Assembly: GCA_033551855.1 (NCBI GenBank)
Contig: JAWSUI010000024.1
Coordinates: 8,458-54,061 of the forward strand
Origin: Deferrisomatales bacterium
Lineage (GTDB): Bacteria; Desulfobacterota; Deferrisomatia; Deferrisomatales; JACRMM01
Direction: 5' to 3'
Length of the DNA: 45,604 bases
Part shown: one piece after another, positions 38,566 through 45,604 of the stretch
Numbering within the stretch: position 1 is the stretch's first letter
Layout: the number at the start of each line of letters is the position of its first letter
Notes under the pieces: generated by a model
Databases searched by the model: none
The model's input: the letters and a program-made list of their open reading frames with translations, nothing else
Told to the model about the DNA's origin: nothing
Translations under genes and position numbers: made by a program

Positions 38566-39900
38566 CTACTCACCCGCGTGGCACTTCTCGCACAGGCGGT
38601 TCTGGTTCGCCGCAAAGACACTGGCTGGTCGGTCGTAGTAGGCCCGGCGGGCCTCGGCCTCGGTTCGCCCCATGTGGTACTCGGGGGGCGCGCCGGTGTC
38701 GGTGCCCGGGTAGGCGCCCTCGTATACGATTCGGTCCGCATCCGGGTTCCAGCGCAGCATGGCCCGCCACCCCGAGGCGTGGGCCCGGTGACAGGTCAGG
38801 CACATCACCGTGTCCTGAGCACCGGGGCCGACGAGGTTCCCGTCGTCGGAGCGGGCGGCGGCCGCCATGGCTCCGCGGTCCTGAAGCGAGTTGCCGAGCT
38901 CCATCTGGAAAGGCACGAGCGAAGTAAACGAGCTTTCCTTGGAACCCGAGAGGTCCCCGGTCTTGACGTAGACGTTGTAATAATCCGAGGTCGAGCCCCC
39001 CAGGGGGTGGGACGTTCGGTTCCACTGGTGGTGCGGAAACCCGGTTCCCCCCTCTGGGGCGTGGCAGTTTCCGCACCACTCCGACACGTTCGACCCGTAG
39101 GCGACCCGTGTCTGTGCGGCCGATTCGGGCCGGTTGTATTGGGCCGGTGCGATGGCGGCGAAGGGGTCTTCGACGAAGACCTGGCCCGGCACGTACACCG
39201 GCTGGTACCCCCTGCCCGCTAGAAGGCGGTAGGCGCCCACGACAGAGCGTCCCGCGACGGGATTGCGGGCCAGCCCGTTCTCGCTCAGGGAGCCGGAGCC
39301 CTCGATGGGCAGCCCCGTCGTGGCCGTCGTCCCGTCGGGCATCACCCGGTACCGGCCGTGGGGGTCGTGGCAGCTCGTGCAGTACAGATATTGGGACGGG
39401 TAGGTGCCCCGGGGCGCCGTGGCGTGTAAGGCGTCGGACTGATACCCGAACTCGGGCGCCACGATGTTGTGCCCGTGCCGATCGCCCTCCTCCCTTCTCA
39501 GGAGCCCGCCCGCGACCCAGGTATAGGTGCGCTTGAGCCAGGCGAAGTCCCCCCCGGGGGTCATCATCTGGGGCGGGAGGCCCGCACCCAGCACCCCGTC
39601 CGAGGTGGAGACGAGGTGCTGCTGGGGAATCTGACCCTGGTGACAATGGAGACAGAGGGACGTAGGGGAGACGGCCTGGAGAAGAAAAGGGTTTCCCCCG
39701 ACCACGAACCCCTGCTCGGTGCCGTGCATGGTGTGGCACCCCTCGCACGGCGCAGCCCCCCCTTCGTGGAAGGCTCGGGCGGGAGTGGCGAACGCCAGGG
39801 TGGAGGCGAGCAGCAAACCCGCAGCGGCCGCGCCCCGGGCGCGGGTCTGCCGGCGTGCGGAAGACCGATCTGACCCCCTATCCAACACTGCTCGTCGCAT
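38566..39900 (-). CDS. OmcS-family hexaheme cytochrome, full-length type, ~444 aa
   Basis: FHEGGAAPCEGCHTMH, MTPGGDF.W, CHDPHGRYR..DG..ATTGLPI..SGS, YNR.E..QTRVAYG, CHRAHASG; 6 CxxCH; start uncertain. Confidence 0.92.
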   Translation of the reverse strand: MRRAVLDRGSDRSSARRQTRARGAAAAGLLLASTLAFATPARAFHEGGAAPCEGCHTMHGTEQGFVVGGNPFLLQAVSPTSLCLHCHQGQIPQQHLVSTSDGVLGAGLPPQMMTPGGDFAWLKRTYTWVAGGLLRREEGDRHGHNIVAPEFGYQSDALHATAPRGTYPSQYLYCTSCHDPHGRYRVMPDGTTATTGLPIEGSGSLSENGLARNPVAGRSVVGAYRLLAGRGYQPVYVPGQVFVEDPFAAIAPAQYNRPESAAQTRVAYGSNVSEWCGNCHAPEGGTGFPHHQWNRTSHPLGGSTSDYYNVYVKTGDLSGSKESSFTSLVPFQMELGNSLQDRGAMAAAARSDDGNLVGPGAQDTVMCLTCHRAHASGWRAMLRWNPDADRIVYEGAYPGTDTGAPPEYHMGRTEAEARRAYYDRPASVFAANQNRLCEKCHAGE

Positions 39901-39909
39901 TTCACCCAG

Positions 39910-39996
39910 GGTTCGAGATTCAAGGTTCAACGTTCTGACTTCGAAGTTCGACGTTCCGGCAGTTCAACCTCGAACATGGAACATCGAACGCCGAAC
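39910..39996. repeat. Intergenic heptamer tandem repeats in inverted arrangement (GGTTCGA)n...(TCGAACC)n
   Basis: Degenerate 7-nt periodicity on both arms. Confidence 0.8.
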
Positions 39997-40003
39997 AAGC
40001 CTC

Positions 40004-40912
40004 TCACCGGATCACCCGGAAGACCTGCACCCGGTTGTTCTCCCGGTCGGCGATGATCGCCTCTTCGGTGGCGGTCAGGCAGAGCTGCGCCGGGTAGTAG
40101 ACGAGGCCCTCTTTCCATCCGAGGGCGAGCTGGCGGCCCCGGTAGGTTCCGTCCTGGCCGAGCACGAGCACCCCGGCGCCGTTCTGATCCACCGCGTAGA
40201 CCCCCCCCCGGGCATCCGTGGCCAAGTGGGTGGGAAAGTTCGAGTACTGTTTGAGCTCGGCGGTGAGGAGGGTAAAGGCGCTGCTCCCCTTCTCCGCGCC
40301 GTAGAGCGCCCCGGCCACGCTGTCGAGCAGGAAGACCGTCCCCCGGGGGTCCACCGCGAGGTCCGAGATGAACCCGAAGCTCCCGGGAAACGGGAGCTCC
40401 CGCTGGAAGGCCCCGGAGGGGTCGGTCACGAGCACCCGCCGCCCGAAGGCGTCCAGGAAGTAGACGTTGTCCTCCCGGTCCAGGGCGAAGCTCCGGTACA
40501 CCGCAATCGCCGACCCGGGCGCACCCCTCGGTTCCACCGCCGCCAGGAACTGCCCGGCGGCCGAAAGGCGAAGCACCTGGCGGAGCTTCCCGTCCAGGAC
40601 CAGGATCTCGCCCTTGGAGCTCAGATGCAGGCGAACGGGGTACGTCGCCTGGGGGATCTTGAGCTCCGTCCCCCCGTCCAGCGCCGCCCCCGATACCGTG
40701 TAGCGCACCAGGCGGCCGTTGCCGGTGTCCGCCACCACCACCGTGCCGTCGGCCCCGCAGGCGACCCCCTCGGGCCGGTGCAGAGCCGCGCCCAAGGCGT
40801 CCGCGTACACCGAGCGGCCGTGGGCGAAGCGGACCGCCTCCGCCGCGTGGGCCGTCCCGACCAGCGCCAGCCCTGCGGCCAGGGCGCAAACTCTCCAGCT
40901 CAGACTCGCCAT
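40004..40912 (-). CDS. Exported NHL-repeat beta-propeller protein
   Basis: PEGVA..VVADTGNGR, DLAVD.RG, YYP..IIADRENNRVQVF; signal peptide. Confidence 0.9.
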   Translation of the reverse strand: MASLSWRVCALAAGLALVGTAHAAEAVRFAHGRSVYADALGAALHRPEGVACGADGTVVVADTGNGRLVRYTVSGAALDGGTELKIPQATYPVRLHLSSKGEILVLDGKLRQVLRLSAAGQFLAAVEPRGAPGSAIAVYRSFALDREDNVYFLDAFGRRVLVTDPSGAFQRELPFPGSFGFISDLAVDPRGTVFLLDSVAGALYGAEKGSSAFTLLTAELKQYSNFPTHLATDARGGVYAVDQNGAGVLVLGQDGTYRGRQLALGWKEGLVYYPAQLCLTATEEAIIADRENNRVQVFRVIR

Positions 40913-40917
40913 CTGTC

Positions 40918-42222
40918 TCACCTCTTGAACTGTTCGTGACACTGCACGCACAGGTTCGTAATGGTCGCAAAGGGGATCATGTGCTTGTACTCGGTGCCGT
41001 GGGACCGGTGGCAGCTCCGGCAGTCCGTTCCCAGGTTCGGATTTCTCGGGTCCACCACCTCCGGCCCGATGGGATGGCTCGAGTGTTTGTGCCAGTCGTG
41101 GCAAGAGCCGCAGAGATCAATCGTGCCCTCCTGCTTCGCCAGGAAGGGAAAATCGCTCGAATGGGGGTCGTGGCAGGCGGCGCAGTTTCCCTCCTGGACC
41201 GGCTCGTGCTTGGTCTCCGAGCGCTCGTGCCGGGCCTGGGTATCGGCGTGGCACTTCCCGCACACCTGGGTCGTGGTCCCGTCCAGGAGCGCCGGGTGCG
41301 ACGAGGCGTGGGGCCGGTGGCAGCTTAGGCACCCCTCTCCGCTCACGGCCGGCCCGTGGACCCGGTTCTTCCCCAGGGTCACGTTCACCATGTCGTTGTG
41401 GCACCCTCGGCATAGGTCGTAACCCTCTCGGCGGGCCTTGAGGGCATCGGGGGACTCCGGGGGAGGGTGGCACTGGGAGCACATCCTCCGCGCCACGGGG
41501 GAGTGCACGTCGTCGTAGAGGATCGACTCTCGGTTCGAGCCGTGGGGGTTGTGACAGCTCGTGCACCCGGCCTCCGCCACCGGGTAGTTGCCGTGCATCG
41601 CGGCGAAGGTCCTGCCGCTGGTGTCATGGCACTCGCGGCACAGACCGGGCACGGCGCTGGTGAGCAACGAGTCCGCCGCAGCCGAGGCGTGGGGGTTGTG
41701 GCAGCCCAGGCAGTCGTCCGCCACCGGGTCGTGGGGATGGGTGATCCCGGAAACCGCCGCCCGGATCGGCTCGTGGCAGCCGAAACACAGCTCGTTGCCC
41801 CCCTGGAGCAGGTTGTTCTTGTGCTGGGCGGCGTGCGGGTCGTGGCAGCTCCCGCACTTGCCCTCCACCACCGTGCGGTGCGCGCTGAGTGCACCTGCCG
41901 GCACCAGGGCGTCGTGGCAGTTGTAGCAGACCCGGGTCGGCTCCTCGGCCAGGAGTACCCCGTGCTTCGAGGTGTGGGGGTCGTGGCACCCGGTGCACTC
42001 CCCTTCCGCCACGGGGGTGTGCACGAAGGAGAGTTTCAGCTTGGCCTGGAACTCGCCGTGGCAGTCCAGGCAGAGATTTCCCCGGGCGCCGGGCTTGAGC
42101 TTGAACGGGTCCGCCGCCCGCCCCTGCCCCGGCACGGACACCAGAAACAGAAGGGCGGGAAGGGCCAGAAAGAGGGTCCGAAGGCGTCGCGCGCTCATGG
42201 TTGTCTCCGTAACGGCGGTCAT
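40918..42222 (-). CDS. 16-heme cytochrome c (paired CxxCH repeats)
   Basis: 16 CxxCH counted; signal peptide; start 42222 (ATGA overlap) or 42198. Confidence 0.93.
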   Translation of the reverse strand: MTAVTETTMSARRLRTLFLALPALLFLVSVPGQGRAADPFKLKPGARGNLCLDCHGEFQAKLKLSFVHTPVAEGECTGCHDPHTSKHGVLLAEEPTRVCYNCHDALVPAGALSAHRTVVEGKCGSCHDPHAAQHKNNLLQGGNELCFGCHEPIRAAVSGITHPHDPVADDCLGCHNPHASAAADSLLTSAVPGLCRECHDTSGRTFAAMHGNYPVAEAGCTSCHNPHGSNRESILYDDVHSPVARRMCSQCHPPPESPDALKARREGYDLCRGCHNDMVNVTLGKNRVHGPAVSGEGCLSCHRPHASSHPALLDGTTTQVCGKCHADTQARHERSETKHEPVQEGNCAACHDPHSSDFPFLAKQEGTIDLCGSCHDWHKHSSHPIGPEVVDPRNPNLGTDCRSCHRSHGTEYKHMIPFATITNLCVQCHEQFKR

Positions 42223-44201
42223 GGCTCCACCGTGTGGCAGTCTTCGCACGACCTCAGCGCGAACGGGGCGTGGACGATGGGCTTGAAGTACTTGGGATCG
42301 TTGGACGCGTGGGAGTCGTGGCACTTCGTGCAGCGCATTACGGCCGGGTCGATCCCGAGGTGTCGCTTGGTGAAGGAGGGCACGTCGGTCTCGTGGCAGT
42401 CCCCGCACAGGGCCAGGCCGGACCGGGTTAGGAGAGAGCGCTCCGGGGAGGAGTGCACCAGATGGCACGTCTCGCAGTCCTGGCGGGCCGGGAAGTGGGC
42501 CTTCTTGGTCTCGAGGTCCGCCTTGAGGTCGGCGTGGCAGGCCAGGCACATGTCCGGGCCCTTGGCGAAGAGGAGTCCCTCGAGCCTCGCCTTGTGGGGG
42601 TCGTGGCACTTCGTGCACTCGCCCCGTCTCACCGGCTCGTGCCCGCTCCGGCTCCTCGCGAGGTCCTCGCCGATCTCCGCGTGGCACTCCCTGCAGACGG
42701 CCTCCTGCCGGCCGGCGAGCATCCCGGCCTCGTTGCTCGCGTGGGCGTCGTGGCAGGTGAGGCACTCCCCATCGATGAACGGCGGGTGGTTCGAGCCCTC
42801 CGCCAGGGGGACCATGGCGTCTCCGTGGCAGGCGGCGCACAGCGTGGCCCCCTCGTCCTTGAGCAGATCCGCCCTGCCCGTTCCGTGGCCGTGGTGACAG
42901 GCGGCGCACTTGGCCTCGGCCACGGGCCGGTGGGTGTAGGTGCGCACGAACTTGGCCTCCTCCGCCACGTGGCACCCGTAGCACAGGTCATCCATGCGCG
43001 CCTTCACCATCGAGCCCAGGTTCGATCCATGGGGGTCGTGGCACGCACCGCAGTCCCGTCCGGCGAAGGGGTCGTGGGCCTTGGCGGCGGTCAGCGCCTT
43101 CTCGAGGTCGCCGTGGCAGGTGAAGCACAGCTCCTCGGCCGGCTCCCGGAGCAGCCCTTTGGCGGGGGCCGCGTGGGCGCCGTGGCACGAGAGGCACCCG
43201 TCCCCGTCGGTAACCGCCGCGTGGGGCACCGAGACCCTGCGCCCCTTCTCCGCGTGGCACGCGAAACAAACCCGGTTCCCCTCGGCCACGAGGAGGTCGG
43301 CCGCCTTCGCCGTATGTGGATCGTGACAGCTCAGGCAGTCACCGTCGGAGAAGGGCGCGTGCTCCACCACCGCGCTTCCCTTGACCAGAGAGGACGGGTC
43401 GTGGCACTGGTGGCAGAGCGCGCTTCCCTTCTCTGTGGTCCCGAACGGTTCTGCGGCCGAGGCCGCCCCGTGGCAGTCGCCGCAGCTCGCGTCCGCCACC
43501 GGCGCGTGGACCGGCCCCAGGAGGAGCTTGGCCGTGCCGGAGGAGTGAGGCGCGTGGCAGGTCCCGCACGCGCTCTTCTCCACGGGATACCCTCCGTGGG
43601 CCTTCGTGAAGGCGCGCGTCTTCCCGTCGTGACACGAAAGGCAGAGGGTCGGGTCCCTGGCCGTCAGGAGGTCCGGGTTCTCGGAAGCGTGGGCCTTGTG
43701 GCAGGCCATGCACCCCTTGTCCGCGGGGACCTTGTGCACCACCTTCCCCTCGTGCTCCTTCCGATCGTGGCACGAGTAGCAGAGCTCGCCCCCCGGGCGG
43801 ACCAGCAGGTGGGCGCCGTCCGACCCGTGGGGGTCGTGGCACTCGGTGCACTTGCCCGCCTTGAGGGCCGAGTGCACGGAGCCCTTGTCCATCCCGATGG
43901 ACTCCTTGCTGTGGCACCCCTGGCAGAGCGCGTTCCCCGTCTCCTTGAGCAGCAGCTTGGGGACGAGCCCGTGGCGCAGGTGGCAGTCCTCGCACCGGCC
44001 CTCCTTGGCCGCCGAGTGGACGAACTTCCTGTCGAGGTACTTCGCGGCGAAGTCCTTGTGGCAGTCCAGGCAGGTCCGCTGCTTGAACTGCCGCTGCCGC
44101 TGCGCCGAAGCGTCGGAGCTCCAGAGCAGGACGATGGCGGGGCCGACAAGGGCCAGTACTGCCAAGACTGCCCAAGAGCGTCTCCTATTCCACGACCACA
44201 T
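42219..44201 (-). CDS. 26-heme cytochrome c
   Basis: 26 CxxCH counted; signal peptide; GGAGGA RBS. Confidence 0.95.
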   Translation of the reverse strand: MWSWNRRRSWAVLAVLALVGPAIVLLWSSDASAQRQRQFKQRTCLDCHKDFAAKYLDRKFVHSAAKEGRCEDCHLRHGLVPKLLLKETGNALCQGCHSKESIGMDKGSVHSALKAGKCTECHDPHGSDGAHLLVRPGGELCYSCHDRKEHEGKVVHKVPADKGCMACHKAHASENPDLLTARDPTLCLSCHDGKTRAFTKAHGGYPVEKSACGTCHAPHSSGTAKLLLGPVHAPVADASCGDCHGAASAAEPFGTTEKGSALCHQCHDPSSLVKGSAVVEHAPFSDGDCLSCHDPHTAKAADLLVAEGNRVCFACHAEKGRRVSVPHAAVTDGDGCLSCHGAHAAPAKGLLREPAEELCFTCHGDLEKALTAAKAHDPFAGRDCGACHDPHGSNLGSMVKARMDDLCYGCHVAEEAKFVRTYTHRPVAEAKCAACHHGHGTGRADLLKDEGATLCAACHGDAMVPLAEGSNHPPFIDGECLTCHDAHASNEAGMLAGRQEAVCRECHAEIGEDLARSRSGHEPVRRGECTKCHDPHKARLEGLLFAKGPDMCLACHADLKADLETKKAHFPARQDCETCHLVHSSPERSLLTRSGLALCGDCHETDVPSFTKRHLGIDPAVMRCTKCHDSHASNDPKYFKPIVHAPFALRSCEDCHTVEP

Positions 44202-44220
44202 GATTCCTCCCGATTAGAGC

Positions 44221-44308
44221 GGTTCGAGGTTCGAGGTTCCGGGTTCGTAGGGTACGTGTCCGGGGTTCAGGGTGTTCAACATCGAACCTCGAACCTGGAA
44301 CCTCGAAC
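44221..44308. repeat. Intergenic heptamer tandem repeats in inverted arrangement
   Basis: GGTTCGAGGTTCGAGGTTCCGGGTTCG ... AACATCGAACCTCGAACCTGGAACCTCGAAC. Confidence 0.85.
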
Positions 44309-45579
44309 TACGGTGTGCTGAACTCCTTCGCGTACACCTCCACCCCGTAAGCCTCGCCCAGCTTTCGGGTCCAGTCCCGCAGGGCCGCGTCGGTCTTCTC
44401 CTTGTACACGTCCTGGAGCACGCTGCGCTGCACTTCCTCCAAGGTCTGCACCCTCGCGGGCACGCGCTTCTCCACCTGCAGCACGTGGACGACCGTGTCC
44501 GACTCGGCGAAGAGCACGTACTCCCCCTCCTGGGCCCCCTCCAGCGCCCGCCGGGCGGCTTCGGGCAGAGCGGTCCACGCCACCATACCCGCGCCGAAGC
44601 GGAGGATGTCCTCCCGGTCCGACGCCACCTGCCCCTCGGCGTTCGCCCGGACCCAGCGCAGGCCCGTTCCCCGCTTGAGCTTCTCCAGGGCGGACTGGGC
44701 GTGCGCGGCGCCGGTGAAGGCCAGGGACTGGAGCCTGAGCATCTCCGGGAAGGTGTAGCTCTCCAGGTTCTTCTCGTAGTGGTCCCGCAGGTCGCCCACG
44801 GTGATCTGCAGCTCGGGCTTGAGCACCTTCTCCACGAACGCGCCGAACACGAAGGAATCCTCGTAGTCCTCGAAGGCCCCCCGGAACTCCCGGGTCTTGT
44901 CCAGCCCCAGCGCCAGGGCCTCCTTCAGGAAGACCCGCTTGAAGAGCTCGTCGTTGAGCACCGGGATCTTCTTGTCGTTGACGTCGCGACTCTCGATGGC
45001 CTTTCCCATGCCGTGGTAGTACTTCTCGCGGATGCCCCGGGCCAGGTCCGAGACCCGGAACGGCTCCTCTCCGGCCACCTCGGCCACCACCCGGTGGTCG
45101 TCGCGGCGCGCCTCGAAGTTCTCGATCGTCCCCCCGAAGTCGAGGCTCTCGAAGAGCTCCCGGTCGAGCTTCACATACTTCTCGGTGAGCTCCCGGTTGT
45201 AGGCGGCCAGGGCCGTGTTCTGGGCGAAGTTGAGCGCCCGCTGCCGCGCCAGGGCCCGAGCCTCCTCGCTCTCTACGAACCGCACCTCCTCGAGCTCGAT
45301 GACGGCGAAGCCGTCCTGCGTCGGGACCACCGGCGTCAGCCCGCCCACCTCGAGGGCCCCGAGCTCGCCGGCGAGCTCGGGCGAGACCCCGTCGCTCCGC
45401 ACGAACTCGCCGGTCTCCCCGCCCTGGAGCTCCGCCTTGCCCTCGGCCACCTGCTTCCGCGCCGCCTCGCCGAAGGCCGCCCCCCCGGCCACGGCCTCCC
45501 GAAACGCCCGGGCGTCCGCCTCCTCCGGGAACACGACCCCCCGGAGCCGCCACTTTTTCCTTCCGGGCCAGCGCGTCCT
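44308..45579 (-). CDS. PpiC/SurA-like periplasmic chaperone (rotamase domains), 5' part missing or frameshifted
   Basis: Two rotamase-like segments (F.EAAR..LEVG.LTPVV..GFAVI; YEKNLESY..PE..), EALALGLDK, TLEEV..V; in-frame stop at 45580-45582, no signal peptide in this frame. Confidence 0.7.
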   Translation of the reverse strand, partial: RTRWPGRKKWRLRGVVFPEEADARAFREAVAGGAAFGEAARKQVAEGKAELQGGETGEFVRSDGVSPELAGELGALEVGGLTPVVPTQDGFAVIELEEVRFVESEEARALARQRALNFAQNTALAAYNRELTEKYVKLDRELFESLDFGGTIENFEARRDDHRVVAEVAGEEPFRVSDLARGIREKYYHGMGKAIESRDVNDKKIPVLNDELFKRVFLKEALALGLDKTREFRGAFEDYEDSFVFGAFVEKVLKPELQITVGDLRDHYEKNLESYTFPEMLRLQSLAFTGAAHAQSALEKLKRGTGLRWVRANAEGQVASDREDILRFGAGMVAWTALPEAARRALEGAQEGEYVLFAESDTVVHVLQVEKRVPARVQTLEEVQRSVLQDVYKEKTDAALRDWTRKLGEAYGVEVYAKEFSTP

Positions 45580-45604
45580 TCAGGGCATCCAAAACGGCCT
45601 CGAC

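Noticed and set aside
21859..44321. Long plus-strand ORFs (e.g. 35875-37971, 42453-44321, 30995-32458)
   Set aside because: Antisense shadows of well-supported minus-strand genes in high-GC DNA, with no recognisable motifs
1..45604. tRNA, rRNA or riboswitch
   Set aside because: None recognised by eye; a covariance-model search (Infernal/Rfam) would be needed to exclude small RNAs

Overview
GC-rich bacterial window, probably a metal-reducing Desulfobacterota (inference from gene content). It has four blocks. (1) 1-3470: a REP-associated tyrosine transposase (RAYT) inside an array of about 23 palindromic GTAG-REPs, with an MNT-HEPN toxin-antitoxin pair inserted at a REP end. (2) 3466-7600: a decaying toxin-antitoxin island between two DUF1566/Lcl genes, punctuated by unusual CGCAACGA-trimer repeat arrays. 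(3) 8122-14698: a 12-heme cytochrome, a Sel1 protein, two OmcS-family hexaheme cytochromes, and an AAA ATPase bracketed by a duplicated omcS-like 3' end. (4) 14911-45604: one long minus-strand run. In transcription order it reads PpiC-like chaperone, 26-heme cytochrome, 16-heme cytochrome, NHL propeller, OmcS-like cytochrome, TMTC-like GT-C/TPR glycosyltransferase, GtrA, GtrB, a second GT-C, then a MarR-regulated Wzx glycan cluster (C-methyltransferase, two radical SAM enzymes, epimerases, aminotransferase, glycosyltransferases, IS5 lesion), running into the two other OmcS paralogs. Leading hypotheses: a cytochrome-nanowire assembly locus with a built-in glycosylation system, a paralog lacking the inter-subunit His that could cap filaments, and REP/RAYT-associated cargo capture. 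All family calls come from motif recognition by eye; no database searches were run.
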